From Candidatus Moraniibacteriota bacterium (GTDB lineage: Bacteria; Patescibacteriota; Minisyncoccia; Moranbacterales; UBA11712): DNA of 64,000 nt. The notes beneath the pieces were generated by a model. That model saw only the letters and a program-made list of their open reading frames with translations, was not told the origin of the DNA and made no database searches. A program made the position numbers and the translations under genes. Of the stretch, positions 11,170 to 21,169 are shown piece after piece. The stretch's first letter is position 1; each line of letters begins with the position of its first letter. The stretch covers positions 18,998 to 82,997 of the forward strand of contig JAQVJV010000002.1 of assembly GCA_028695025.1 (NCBI GenBank), written 5' to 3'.

Positions 11170-12614
11170 ATTTCCCACACCTTCTCCAAAATATAATACA
11201 AATTCTCATCGCCCTTTCCGGTCGGGAGCTCCGCGCGCCGGGTTTCGATGATCTTGAATCCGGTGAGGCGGGCGAGGTTTTCGATGTCTTCAGGAGAATA
11301 GCAATAGCGGGTGGAAAAATGTTCTCCATTGGGAGAATCGTGAACTGTTCCTTCACGGATGTTGTATATGCCTTTCGCGTTCATCAATTTTTTGTATTCC
11401 CCGACATTTTCGGCATAAACCCCTTTTTCCCGGTCGGGTATGTCGAAGACAAATTTTCCTCCCGGCTTCAAGATGCGCGCGGCTTCGCGGAAAAGCCGGA
11501 CTTGCCCGGGAAGGGAGTATTCATGGAGGATGTTTCTTCCGAGCGAATAAACCGCGTCGAATTCCCGGTCTTCGTAGGGCGTATGGTGCCAGTCTTCTAT
11601 GGAAACGCGGGCGTTGGGGTCTTGTTTTTTTATCTCCTCGATATTTTCCGGTGTGATATCATATCCGGAAATTTCATAGCCGGCTTTTTTCATCTCAAGT
11701 AGCAGTCTTCCCGTTCCACATCCGGATTCGAGCACCTTGCTTCCCGGAGAAATGATTTCTTTGAGAAGAGAAACTTCTTTCTCATTGAGTTCCTTGTTGA
11801 GTTGGTGTTCTTTGATGTTGAATTTTCGATAAAAATCCTCAAGTTTTGCAAAAACCTCCTTGTCTTTGGTGGGGACGAGATAGGCGCGGGCGTTTTTCAA
11901 ATTTTCAGCCGCGTTTTGGTCATTTTCCTTTTCGCTCTTGATAATGAGGCCGTTGATTTTCTTGAGAGCCTCTCCCGCGCCGATGAGGTCGGTGAAGAGG
12001 ATAATGGTGAATTCATTTTTTTGTCCAAGAGGTTTTTGTTCGAGATGGCCAAGTAACTTTGTGGAAGAATATTCAGTGTCATAATCCATTATCAATTTGA
12101 TAAAAATTCTTTTCGTTCCGTCAATATCGCCCGGAAATGTTTCTATGAGCCTGGAAATTATGTCGATATTGTCTCTTCTCAAAGATGCGTTTTCCCGTTG
12201 AGATTGAAGCATTGCTCCAATAGACATTGTAAGCGGTCCTTCTCCACCGCGGTGGCGGTCATTTTTTTCCAAATCAAAATGTTTTGCGTAAGTCTCAATC
12301 GTTCTTTTCGCCATACCATAGCTGTCCAGTGGCGATTCTTTTCTGAAATAAACGTGCAATTTTTCCTCGAGAAAAAAGAGGAGCTTTGTTTTCCAGAATT
12401 TCATTGCGGCGATATCATGCGCCGCGTGTTCTCCCAAGGCATTTTTTGTCTTTTCATCAATTTCGAATTCAAGTATTCGGACCAAGAAATCCGGATCGTA
12501 TCTGACTTCAGAAGATTTTGCAATACTCTCTATCTTCCGCAGTTTCTCTTGAAAGTTTTCTATGATTGTTTTTGGAGAATCTATTTTGATTTTTTCCGGA
12601 TGTTCTTTTTCCAT
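11166..12614 (-). CDS. class I SAM-dependent methyltransferase with long N-terminal helical extension
   Basis: VLESGCGTGR, FDAVYS and ARILKPGGKFVFD in the C-terminal ~210 aa. Confidence 0.85.
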   Translation of the reverse strand: MEKEHPEKIKIDSPKTIIENFQEKLRKIESIAKSSEVRYDPDFLVRILEFEIDEKTKNALGEHAAHDIAAMKFWKTKLLFFLEEKLHVYFRKESPLDSYGMAKRTIETYAKHFDLEKNDRHRGGEGPLTMSIGAMLQSQRENASLRRDNIDIISRLIETFPGDIDGTKRIFIKLIMDYDTEYSSTKLLGHLEQKPLGQKNEFTIILFTDLIGAGEALKKINGLIIKSEKENDQNAAENLKNARAYLVPTKDKEVFAKLEDFYRKFNIKEHQLNKELNEKEVSLLKEIISPGSKVLESGCGTGRLLLEMKKAGYEISGYDITPENIEEIKKQDPNARVSIEDWHHTPYEDREFDAVYSLGRNILHEYSLPGQVRLFREAARILKPGGKFVFDIPDREKGVYAENVGEYKKLMNAKGIYNIREGTVHDSPNGEHFSTRYCYSPEDIENLARLTGFKIIETRRAELPTGKGDENLYYILEKVWEI

Positions 12615-12639
12615 GATGCCATTATATCATTTTCGAAAT

Positions 12640-12684
12640 AAAAAAAGGAGAAAGCCGGCGCGTGGTTGGCGCGAGCTTTCTCCC
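12640..12684 (-). terminator. intrinsic terminator
   Basis: ggagaaagc...gctttctcc stem followed by a T-run on the minus strand. Confidence 0.6.
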
Positions 12685-12782
12685 AAAACCCTAGTGGCTC
12701 GTTTTTGTTGAAGCGGATCCGATAACCGCTGAATTTTTCACGCGAAGTGTTTGCCATCAGGCTGGAGTCGCGACATCTCCTT

Positions 12783-13112
12783 CTATTTTTTCTGCCAACC
12801 TTCCGAAGGCGACCACTGCCAGCCGCCCTCAAAAGACTTGTTTTTCAGGAAAGGAACGTGATCCTCTATCTCGCTCCTTCCCTCCCAGACAAAGTCGGAA
12901 AGTTTGAGCTTTCCGGCTTTGTCTGAGTATTGATAAACTGTCGGGCGACGGTGGTCGCCCGGGGCACAATAGACGACGACTTCTATGTCGCCATCTATTG
13001 CCTCGAACTCGACCATGTCGAATGGCCGAGTTGACCCCTTTGTGGGGGTCGGGTTGGAACCGTCGGCACGGTATTCGTGCCGCCATACCCAATTCTTTAT
13101 TTCCGTAATCAT
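12783..13112 (-). CDS. hypothetical protein
   Basis: MITEIKNWVW... ORF with a GGAGG Shine-Dalgarno; no known motif. Confidence 0.55.
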   Translation of the reverse strand: MITEIKNWVWRHEYRADGSNPTPTKGSTRPFDMVEFEAIDGDIEVVVYCAPGDHRRPTVYQYSDKAGKLKLSDFVWEGRSEIEDHVPFLKNKSFEGGWQWSPSEGWQKK

Positions 13113-13291
13113 TTTCCCTCCGCCCGCCGTCCGTGGCAGGCAACTTTTTTGAATTCTTTTCAATTCCGCGCCAGTGTAAGTTTTCCTTTGCGCGGGATTG
13201 TTTCTTTCGGCGAATCGCCGCAGGAATTGTGAAAATGTTTTCGCAGCTCTTGCAGCGATTCACCCTTATTCAATTTTCAAAGATCTTTTCC

Positions 13292-13590
13292 TCCAGCACT
13301 AACTTTGGACTATAATGCATTTATGCATTATGTATATTTTCTAAAAAATGAATCTGGTGAAATATATATTGGATGCACTAGCGATTTGAGAAAAAGATTG
13401 ATCGAACACAATCGCGGTTATTCCAATTATACTCGCGGTCATCAATGGAAACTCGTTTACTATGAAGCCTACTTTTCAAGAATTGATGCCGAGACAAGAG
13501 AGAAAAGGCTCAAATATCACGGACAGGCTTTGGCTCAATTAAAGAGGCGCATAAAGAAAAGTTTCCTTTCAGTCCAAAGTTAGTGCTGGA
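13292..13590. mobile_element. 299-bp element with perfect 20-bp TIRs enclosing a GIY-YIG gene
   Basis: tccagcactaactttggact (13292-13311) and agtccaaagttagtgctgga (13571-13590); TCC on both outer flanks. Confidence 0.85.
13323..13583 (+). CDS. stand-alone GIY-YIG nuclease (UPF0213/YhbQ-like)
   Basis: MHYVYFL..IYIGCTSDLRKRLIEHN..WKLVYYEAY..AETREKRLK. Confidence 0.95.
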   Translation: MHYVYFLKNESGEIYIGCTSDLRKRLIEHNRGYSNYTRGHQWKLVYYEAYFSRIDAETREKRLKYHGQALAQLKRRIKKSFLSVQS

Positions 13591-14074
13591 TCCACAAAAA
13601 TGCCAATGAGTCGGGGATTGATAAGAAGAGAGTAAATAATCAATCACATGCCAACTCACTGGCATATTTGAGGCTCTCTTCTTGAGGCTTGTTTTTTTAA
13701 TAAGCCTGACCTCTTGCTCAACGAATTGAGCAAGAGAACCACTTATTACTTCCGGAACGGTTGCCGGAAGGCGAAGCAGTTTCGTTTCCGCACTCTTTAT
13801 CTCTCTTCTTGCTAGTCTGTTATAAAGAATGTTTGGGTATTCCCTCTGCTTCGTGGCCGTTGAAAGCCGTTTCATCAGAGGATATTCTTCCCTAAGAGCT
13901 TATTATCCTGCGATAAAACTGGACTATTTGATTATTTGCTGAAAGAACTCTCTTCTTAGCCAGCTGCTTTTTCAGCTTGACTGGGTAGTATAGCATTTTG
14001 TAGACGGATTGTCAAGATTAGGGTCAAAAATATTTGAGATTTGAGATGATAGTCTTGAGAAATGGGCTTATATA

Positions 14075-14103
14075 TTGACAAATATGGCTGTTTCTGCTAG
14101 AAT
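14075..14103 (+). promoter_or_regulatory. sigma70-type promoter for the second TrmB-family gene
   Basis: TTGACA, 17 bp, TG-n-TAGAAT. Confidence 0.7.
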
Positions 14104-14173
14104 ATAAATAACGACCTAAAGACCGACAAATATCGCATAACGCGTAACTCGTAACGCAAAACGCAACAAACGG

Positions 14174-14926
14174 ATGCTATCTAACGATCTCGAAAAACTG
14201 GGCTTGAGCGACAAGGAAGCCAAAGTATATTTGGCGGTTTTGGAGTTGGGGGAGGGAAATATCGCCCAAATTGCCAAAAAATCGGGCGTGAAGCGGACGA
14301 CAGTCTATGATATCGCGCTCTCGCTAAAAAGTAAGAATTTATTGCTGGAAACCATGAAAGGCAAAAAAAATATCTATTCCGCCGAAGATCCCCGGAAATT
14401 GGACGATGTCTATGACGAGCGAAAGGCGACGCTCAAAAAGATTTTGCCGGAACTGCTTTCAGTCATGAACGCGATTGAGAAAAAGCCGCGCATCCGATAT
14501 TTTGAGGGCGCGGAAGGAATCAAGGAAGTTTATAAAGACACGCTCAAATATCCCGACCAGGAAATCCAGGCTTGGGTGACGAGTGAAGCGATGACCAAAT
14601 TCGACGTTGAATGGCTCGAAAAATATTATGTGCCCAAGCGCCTTGAGAAAAAAATCTGGGCGCGGGTGATTGCGCCAAAAACAGAGGAGGTTGTCGATTA
14701 TCAAGAACGCGATGAAAAGTCTTTGCGGCAAACACGATTGGTCGACCCGAAAGAATTTCCCATGGAAGTGGAGATCAATCTCTATGGCGGGCGGAACATC
14801 GGGGTCATGGCTTTTGGCGAGCAGATGGGCCTTGTCATTGAGAGCCGGAAGATATACAAAACGCTTAAGAGCATATTTGAGCTTGGCTGGAAATCTCTCG
14901 AAAAATATGCTAAGATGAATCAGTAA
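14174..14926 (+). CDS. TrmB-family transcriptional regulator (paralog of 442-1167)
   Basis: GLSDKEAKVYLAVLELGE..KSGVKRTTVY; KPRIRYFEG. Confidence 0.9.
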   Translation: MLSNDLEKLGLSDKEAKVYLAVLELGEGNIAQIAKKSGVKRTTVYDIALSLKSKNLLLETMKGKKNIYSAEDPRKLDDVYDERKATLKKILPELLSVMNAIEKKPRIRYFEGAEGIKEVYKDTLKYPDQEIQAWVTSEAMTKFDVEWLEKYYVPKRLEKKIWARVIAPKTEEVVDYQERDEKSLRQTRLVDPKEFPMEVEINLYGGRNIGVMAFGEQMGLVIESRKIYKTLKSIFELGWKSLEKYAKMNQ

Positions 14927-15029
14927 ATAATATCTTTAAATTACTCTTATTCCTCCAATATTCCTCCAAACCCCCTCTCTAGTCTCCCCCTTGGCAGGGG
15001 GAGAGGATATGGAGTAATTTATTTCTTAG

Positions 15030-17321
15030 ATGGGCAGAAAAAAGAAAAAAGACAAAGAAAAAAACGGGAACGGCGGCGGAAATGGAAATGGCGGCGGGCT
15101 ATCGGCCCTCAAAAGCGACACAAAGCGGTCCATCATCGCTGTTTTTCTGATTGCCTTTGCACTGCTTGCCGTTTTCAGCCTTTTCGGCGGAGCGGGAACT
15201 TTTGGAAAATATCTCGACAAAGGTTTGGGTCTTGCACTTGGAATCGGGCGGTATATTTTGCCGGTGCTTCTTATTGCGGTCGGGTTCCTTTATTTCCGCC
15301 GGGACGAGGAGGCGTATTACGTCTTTGTGGCGGTGGGCTTTTTTCTGTTCCTTGCGAGCATCCTTGGCACGGTCCATATTTTCTATCCTCTTGAAAAAAT
15401 GGTAGCGGCGGCAAAAGCCGGGCAGGGCGGCGGATTTTTGGGGGCGGCGCTTGCCTATCCCGCGCTCAAGTTTTTCGGCTTTTCGGCTAGCCTTATTGTT
15501 TTGGTAGCGGTGGCTCTTGCTTCGCTTCTTCTCGCGCTCAATATGCCGCTTCGGGCGCTTTTCCGGCCGATGGAATGGATGAAATGGAAGAAGGAGAATG
15601 ATGAGGAAGATGAACCGGCTGATGCCAAAGCCGCGGCGAGCAAAGAAAAAAAAGGGTCGGTATATATTGAAGAAAAACCTTCAACAGCGGCAAGAATCAG
15701 CGAGCTTCTCAAGCGAAAAACGGAAAAACCGGATGTTCCCGAAAGAAAAGCGCCGATGGTTGACCGGCAAAGGACGATCGCCGGATGGAAATTGCCGCCG
15801 CTTGACCTTCTTGAACGCTCGAGCGGGAAAGCGAAGCCCGGCGACATTGAAGCCAACGCCAAAACCATCCAGGAGACTTTTAAAAATTTCGGGATCGAAG
15901 TGGAGATCGGGGATATCAGCGTCGGTCCGTCCGTAACACAGTATTGTTTTAAGCCGGCGGCGGGGATCCGGCTTTCGAAGATCACCGGCCTCAACAATAA
16001 TCTGTCTCTCGCGCTCGCGGCGCATCCGATCCGGATCGAGGCGCCGATTCCCGGCAAGTCTCTTATTGGAATCGAAGTGCCGAACAAGACGTCGACGATG
16101 GTGCGCCTGCGCGATCTCATCGAAAGCGATGAATTTGCGGAGAGAAAATCGAATCTCACGCTTTGTCTTGGAAAAGACGTGGCCGGGAACTATATCTTGG
16201 GGGATCTCACTGAAATGCCGCACTTGATGATTGCCGGAGCGACCGGAACCGGAAAAAGTGTGGGGATCAATACGATCATTACGTCACTTCTCTATCAAAA
16301 CTCACCGGATGATTTGAAGCTCATTTTGGTTGACCCGAAGCGGGTGGAACTCACGGGATACAACGGCATTCCGCATCTTCTGACTCCGACGGTAGTAGAG
16401 AATGGGAAGGTGGCGAATGCTCTCAAGTGGGCGGTGGGAGAAATGGAGCGACGCTACAAAACGCTCCAGGAAGCCGGATCGAGGGATATCCATTCGTATA
16501 ACGGAAAAATCAGGGTCGGCCAGAAGAAAGAAATCATCGACGAAGAAACCGGAGAGGTGGTTGGCGAAGAGGAAGTGAAACGTTTGCCGTTCATTGTCAT
16601 CATCATCGACGAGCTGGCCGATATCATGGCCTCCCACTCGAAAGAAGTGGAGGCGGCGATCGTGCGCCTCGCGCAGATGGCGCGGGCGGTGGGAATCCAT
16701 CTCATTGTTTCGACCCAGCGGCCGTCGGTGGAAGTTCTCACCGGCCTCATCAAGGCCAACATCACGACGCGCATCGCTTTCCAGGTCGCGACACAGATCG
16801 ATTCGCGGACGATCCTTGATATGTCGGGAGCGGAAAAATTGCTCGGGAACGGGGATATGCTTTTCCTTTCCGCCCGGTCGCCCAAACCGCGGCGCATCCA
16901 AGGCGTTTTTGTTTCGGAATCGGAAGTGAAGCGGGTGGTGAAATCGATCAAGGGCCAATTGGAAGGAGAGGTGGAATATGACGATGAAGTGACGGCTCCC
17001 CAGCGGGTGAGTCTTGGCGGAAAAATGACGGGCGGGACGGGCGAAGAAGACGGGGATGATCTCTATGAAGATGCCAAAGACACGGTGGTGAAATCCGGGA
17101 AAGCCTCGGCCTCGCTTCTTCAGCGACGCCTTCGGGTGGGATATGCCCGGGCGGCGCGGCTTCTTGACCTTTTGGAAGCCAACGGCGTGATCGGGCCGGC
17201 GGACGGATCGAAAGCCCGGGAAATATTGGTTGATGGGCCGATGGCGCCTGCGTCTTCAGCCGAAGTTGAGTACGAGGACGAATTGGCCGACCAGTCAAAA
17301 AGGGACCGTTGGCAGATGTGA
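15030..17321 (+). CDS. ftsK: DNA translocase FtsK/SpoIIIE
   Basis: N-terminal TM segments, PHLMIAGATGTGKS Walker A, IIIDELAD, gamma domain LQRRLRVGYARAARL. Confidence 0.98.
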   Translation: MGRKKKKDKEKNGNGGGNGNGGGLSALKSDTKRSIIAVFLIAFALLAVFSLFGGAGTFGKYLDKGLGLALGIGRYILPVLLIAVGFLYFRRDEEAYYVFVAVGFFLFLASILGTVHIFYPLEKMVAAAKAGQGGGFLGAALAYPALKFFGFSASLIVLVAVALASLLLALNMPLRALFRPMEWMKWKKENDEEDEPADAKAAASKEKKGSVYIEEKPSTAARISELLKRKTEKPDVPERKAPMVDRQRTIAGWKLPPLDLLERSSGKAKPGDIEANAKTIQETFKNFGIEVEIGDISVGPSVTQYCFKPAAGIRLSKITGLNNNLSLALAAHPIRIEAPIPGKSLIGIEVPNKTSTMVRLRDLIESDEFAERKSNLTLCLGKDVAGNYILGDLTEMPHLMIAGATGTGKSVGINTIITSLLYQNSPDDLKLILVDPKRVELTGYNGIPHLLTPTVVENGKVANALKWAVGEMERRYKTLQEAGSRDIHSYNGKIRVGQKKEIIDEETGEVVGEEEVKRLPFIVIIIDELADIMASHSKEVEAAIVRLAQMARAVGIHLIVSTQRPSVEVLTGLIKANITTRIAFQVATQIDSRTILDMSGAEKLLGNGDMLFLSARSPKPRRIQGVFVSESEVKRVVKSIKGQLEGEVEYDDEVTAPQRVSLGGKMTGGTGEEDGDDLYEDAKDTVVKSGKASASLLQRRLRVGYARAARLLDLLEANGVIGPADGSKAREILVDGPMAPASSAEVEYEDELADQSKRDRWQM

Positions 17322-17400
17322 TATTATGAGGTATAATATCAAAAAACAAACACAAAATAAGAAAAGCAGGAATTTCCTGTTTTTATAGTGGGAAAAAATA

Positions 17401-17480
17401 AAAAGTCAAACGTCAAAAGTCAAAAATTCAAGTCAAAATTAAAAAATTTCTAGTTTTGCAACGTGATTTTGATTTTTGAT
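17401..17480. repeat. inverted arrays of degenerate ~7-mer tandem repeats
   Basis: (gtcaaaa)n facing (ttttga[t/a])n; similar block at 20491-20621. Confidence 0.65.
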
Positions 17481-17502
17481 TTTTGAACTTTGAATTTCTA
17501 TT

Positions 17503-18495
17503 ATGTTTCGTGGTTTTACCCAAAAAAAAGTGAATTCATATACTCTGGGCGAGCAACTTCGGAATTTGAGGAGCGAAGGGCGCGTGACGCTCCATGAGGT
17601 TTCGCGGGATACGAAGATCCCCATGAAATATCTGGAAAAGATTGAAAGCGGGTGTTATGAAGAATTGCCGCCGGATGTCTATGTGAAAGGGTTTCTTCGG
17701 GCGTATGCCGAGTTCCTGGGAGTCGATCCGAAAAAAATTATCAGCCTTTATGAACGGGAAAAGGAGATAAAAAGCAACCTTTGTTCCGAAGAAAAGAAAA
17801 CTCCGGTGAAGAAGGCCAAAAAACCGGCAAGTTTGGTCATCACTCCCCGCTATTTGGCGGTGGCGGTGATCGTCATTGCCATTGTTGGCGGATTTTCCTA
17901 TCTCTATAACCAAGTCGGGCGGTTTGCGGCGGTTCCGCGGCTGGTGATCACCTCTCCTGCCAGTGACGAATCCGTGCCCGGGAACTCAATTTCCGTTTCC
18001 GGCTTCACGGATGAAGATGCGAAGCTCACCATAAACGGCCAGCCGGTTTTGGTGAGCGACAGGGGAGAATTCAAAGAGGATATTCTTCTCCAAAACGGAG
18101 TGAACGCGGTGACGATTTCGGCCGAAAACCGTTTCGAGAAAAAAATATCAAAGATTTTGAATATCAAGTCGGACTACCAAGCGCCGGAAGTGGCGAACGG
18201 CGGCGATGAAAACGGAAAAGTGATCGGGGAGCAGGACGAAAAGAGGGAAGGGGTGAATATCACGGTGCGGGCGGATGCCAATCCAGTCTGGATTTCAGTG
18301 GAAGCGGATGGGAATTTGGTCTATTCCGGGACGATGCTCCCGGGGGCGGTCCAGGATTTCAAGGGGGACAAGGAAGTGCGGATCACCAGCGGGAAGGCCA
18401 ATCAGACTTTCATCAAAGTGAACGGAAAAGACGAAAAAGTGCTGGCCGATACGCCGGGAATCGTGAGAGATGTTGTGTTTGGACCAAATGACTAA
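17503..18495 (+). CDS. RodZ-like HTH membrane protein with Ig-like and DUF4115-like domains
   Basis: YLEKIESG..LPPDVYVKGFLRAYAEFLG HTH, one TM helix, VWISVEADG; located between ftsK and recA. Confidence 0.85.
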   Translation: MFRGFTQKKVNSYTLGEQLRNLRSEGRVTLHEVSRDTKIPMKYLEKIESGCYEELPPDVYVKGFLRAYAEFLGVDPKKIISLYEREKEIKSNLCSEEKKTPVKKAKKPASLVITPRYLAVAVIVIAIVGGFSYLYNQVGRFAAVPRLVITSPASDESVPGNSISVSGFTDEDAKLTINGQPVLVSDRGEFKEDILLQNGVNAVTISAENRFEKKISKILNIKSDYQAPEVANGGDENGKVIGEQDEKREGVNITVRADANPVWISVEADGNLVYSGTMLPGAVQDFKGDKEVRITSGKANQTFIKVNGKDEKVLADTPGIVRDVVFGPND

Positions 18496-18522
18496 GCTAA
18501 AATTTTAAATTCATATATAGAC

Positions 18523-19518
18523 ATGACAAAAGAAACTGAAAACAAAGAAATCAAGCTTGAAGAAACCGTGAAAGAAATCAAAGATCGTTTTGGCGAGGGG
18601 TCGATTATGAAATTGGGGGAGGTGAAAAAAGTGGATATAGCGGCGATTCCGACCGGTTCGCCTTCGCTTGATATCGCCCTTGGGATCGGCGGAGTGCCGA
18701 GGGGGCGCATCATTGAAGTATATGGCCCCGAATCATCGGGGAAGACAACTCTTACTCTCCATATTGTTGCGAACGCCCAAAAGGCGGGCGGGTCGGCGGC
18801 TTTCATCGATGCCGAACACGCGCTTGATCCCGCGTATGCCAAAAAAATCGGCGTGAATTTGAACGACCTTTTAATCTCGCAACCGGACAACGGCGAACAG
18901 GCGCTTGATATTGTCGAGACGCTTGTGAAATCGAATGCGGTGGACGTGATTGTGGTTGATTCAGTGGCGGCGCTCACCCCCCAGGCGGAAATCGAAGGTG
19001 AAATGGGGGATTCGCACATGGGTCGGCAGGCCCGGCTCATGTCGCAAGCTCTTCGCAAGCTCACAGCGATCGGAGCGAAAAGCAACGTGACGATCATTTT
19101 CATCAATCAGATCCGGATGAAGATCGGAGTGGTGTTTGGGAACCCGGAAACGACGACTGGCGGAAACGCGCTCAAGTTCTATTCCTCCGTCCGCATCGAA
19201 GTGCGGCGCGCGGCCCAGATCAAGCAGGGAGACCAGATTGTGGGAAACCGGGTGAAAGTGAAAGTGGTGAAAAACAAAGTGGCGCCTCCTTTCCAGACGG
19301 CGGAGTTTGATATCATGTATAACGAAGGTATTTCAAAAGAGGGGGATCTTATTGATACGGGGGTGAAATACGGGGCGGTTGCGAAAACCGGAAATTCCTT
19401 TTCTTTCGGCGAGGTGAAACTTGGCGTCGGACGGGAAAAAGCGAAGCAATTTCTGCGGGATAACCCGAAAGTTTATAAGGAAATTGAAAAAGCGTTGAAA
19501 GAAAAGATCAAAGAATAA
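18523..19518 (+). CDS. recA: recombinase A
   Basis: [30 protein letters not shown]. Confidence 0.99.
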   Translation: MTKETENKEIKLEETVKEIKDRFGEGSIMKLGEVKKVDIAAIPTGSPSLDIALGIGGVPRGRIIEVYGPESSGKTTLTLHIVANAQKAGGSAAFIDAEHALDPAYAKKIGVNLNDLLISQPDNGEQALDIVETLVKSNAVDVIVVDSVAALTPQAEIEGEMGDSHMGRQARLMSQALRKLTAIGAKSNVTIIFINQIRMKIGVVFGNPETTTGGNALKFYSSVRIEVRRAAQIKQGDQIVGNRVKVKVVKNKVAPPFQTAEFDIMYNEGISKEGDLIDTGVKYGAVAKTGNSFSFGEVKLGVGREKAKQFLRDNPKVYKEIEKALKEKIKE

Positions 19519-19533
19519 AATTGAATGCCAATC

Positions 19534-19567
19534 AAAAAACTCCGGTTGCGAATGCGCCGGAGTTTTC
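19534..19567. terminator. bidirectional terminator between recA and efp
   Basis: aaaactccgg...ccggagtttt hairpin between convergent genes. Confidence 0.65.
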
Positions 19568-19570
19568 TTG

Positions 19571-20131
19571 TTACTTCGCCCGTTCCACGTATTCTCCCGT
19601 TTCCGTGTTGATGCGGATGACGTCGCCTTGTTTCACAAAAAGAGGGGTGTTGACTTTGACGCCGGTTTCAAGAGTCACTTGCTTTGACCCGCCGTCAGCA
19701 GTGTTTCCTTTGATGGCAGGCGGAGCCTCCACGACTTTGAAATCCATTTTTATCGGCAGTTCGATGTTGATCGGAGCCGTGTTGTAGATAATAAGGCTCA
19801 CTTCGGTGCCCTCGATAAGATAGTCAGTCAAATTTCCCAGAGCGCTTTTTGGGAGAGAAAATTGCTCATAACTTGCCGTATCCATAAAAACGAAATCGGT
19901 TCCGTCTTGGTACAAATATTGAGCTTTATTTTTGACTATCTCTGCTTCTTCGATTTTGTCTGCACCCTGAAAAGTTTTTTCCATTACAGCTCCGGTTTTG
20001 AGATTACGTAATTTGGTGCGTAACACTGCTCCGGCCCGTCCCATTTTGGAATGCTGGTGAAAAATGACGAGGTAAGGATTGCCGTTGAGGGATATGGTTT
20101 TTCCAGTTTTGATGTCGGAGATAGAAAGCAT
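19571..20131 (-). CDS. efp: elongation factor P
   Basis: HSKMGRAGAVLRTKLRNL, VTLETGVKVNTPLFV, NTETGEYVERA. Confidence 0.97.
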   Translation of the reverse strand: MLSISDIKTGKTISLNGNPYLVIFHQHSKMGRAGAVLRTKLRNLKTGAVMEKTFQGADKIEEAEIVKNKAQYLYQDGTDFVFMDTASYEQFSLPKSALGNLTDYLIEGTEVSLIIYNTAPINIELPIKMDFKVVEAPPAIKGNTADGGSKQVTLETGVKVNTPLFVKQGDVIRINTETGEYVERAK

Positions 20132-20152
20132 AACTCGGGAGCAGAAACACAT

Positions 20153-20234
20153 TTGTCATCCTGGCTGTTGAGTATAGCGACGCAATATTTTGCGTCCCTA
20201 CTATTAGGATCCCATATTAAGTGCGGGATGATAA
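20153..20234. repeat. composite REP: GTAG-type REP between GTCATCC/GGATGA-type ends
   Basis: tagcgacgcaatattttgcgtccctac (20175-20201); ggatcccatattaagtgcgggatga is a degenerate reverse complement of 63770-63794. Confidence 0.65.
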
Positions 20235-20245
20235 AACGTATAACT

Positions 20246-20485
20246 TTATTTAATCGTATAAGACAGCAACGCCATAGTCCTTGCCCGCTTGATGGCGTTT
20301 GTTACCATGCGCTGGTGTTTGGCGCAATTGCCCGTACGTCGCGGAGAAACGATTTTTGCGTGCGAGTTCATGAAGCGCCGCAAGAAAAGCGTGTCTTTGT
20401 AGTCGATTGCGTTGATATTGTTGGCGCAGAAAAAGCAATTTTTCGGCGCGGCGGGAGTCGGTTGGTTATTATTGGGCCTGTTCAT
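20246..20485 (-). CDS. rpsR: 30S ribosomal protein S18
   Basis: CFFC..IDYKD..TGNCAKHQR..AIKRAR. Confidence 0.97.
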   Translation of the reverse strand: MNRPNNNQPTPAAPKNCFFCANNINAIDYKDTLFLRRFMNSHAKIVSPRRTGNCAKHQRMVTNAIKRARTMALLSYTIK

Positions 20486-20622
20486 AAAAATAATTCAAAA
20501 TTAAAATATCAAAATAAAAAATGACAAATAAAATTTGAAATTTTAATGCAAAATTATTTTCAAATTAAATTTACTTTATACTTTGCACTGTCATTTTCAA
20601 TTTTGATTTTTGCATTTTTAAC

Positions 20623-21129
20623 TTAAAATGGTATATCCTCGATCTTCACTTCGTCCTGGCTGTCATCTATCTGGATGGTCGGGATTTCTTCCGGTTGGGC
20701 CGGCGCAACGGGGGCGGCAGGCGCGGGAGAAGGCTGGTTCATGCTGTTTGTCGGGGCTCCTTGGGGCGCAGCGGGCTGATAGGGCGAACCGCCTTGCGGT
20801 TTTCGATCGAGCATCTGGAGGGTTTCAGCGATAATTTCGGTCATGTAGCGCTTGTTGCCGCTTTGGTCCTGCCAGGAACGGGTTTGAAGGCGGCCTTCCA
20901 GGAAAATTTTGCTGCCTTTATGCAAATATTGGCCGGAAATTTCCGCGAGGCGTCCCCAGAGGACAATGTTGTGGAACTCGACGGCCTCTTTCCGTTCTCC
21001 GGATTGCTGGTCTTTCCAGACGCGATTAGTAGCAAGGCCGAAGTTGGCAACGGATTGGCCGGATCCGGTGGAGCGCAATTCCGGGTCGCGGGTGAGGTTT
21101 CCAATGAGGAGGACTTTATTAAGGCTCAT
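20623..21129 (-). CDS. ssb: single-stranded DNA-binding protein
   Basis: LNKVLLIGNLTRDPELR; C-terminal EDIPF. Confidence 0.99.
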   Translation of the reverse strand: MSLNKVLLIGNLTRDPELRSTGSGQSVANFGLATNRVWKDQQSGERKEAVEFHNIVLWGRLAEISGQYLHKGSKIFLEGRLQTRSWQDQSGNKRYMTEIIAETLQMLDRKPQGGSPYQPAAPQGAPTNSMNQPSPAPAAPVAPAQPEEIPTIQIDDSQDEVKIEDIPF

Positions 21130-21169
21130 AGGTTTGAATTTAAAATTTAAATTTTAAAGTTTGAAATTA

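Noticed and set aside
13510-13875. 121-aa minus-strand ORF running into the GIY-YIG element
   Set aside because: No motif; its end is made of the TIR and antisense nuclease sequence. It may be an interrupted remnant but cannot be supported
18523-19518. Intein in RecA or RNA polymerase subunits
   Set aside because: Lengths are normal or compact and no splice-junction or LAGLIDADG motifs are visible
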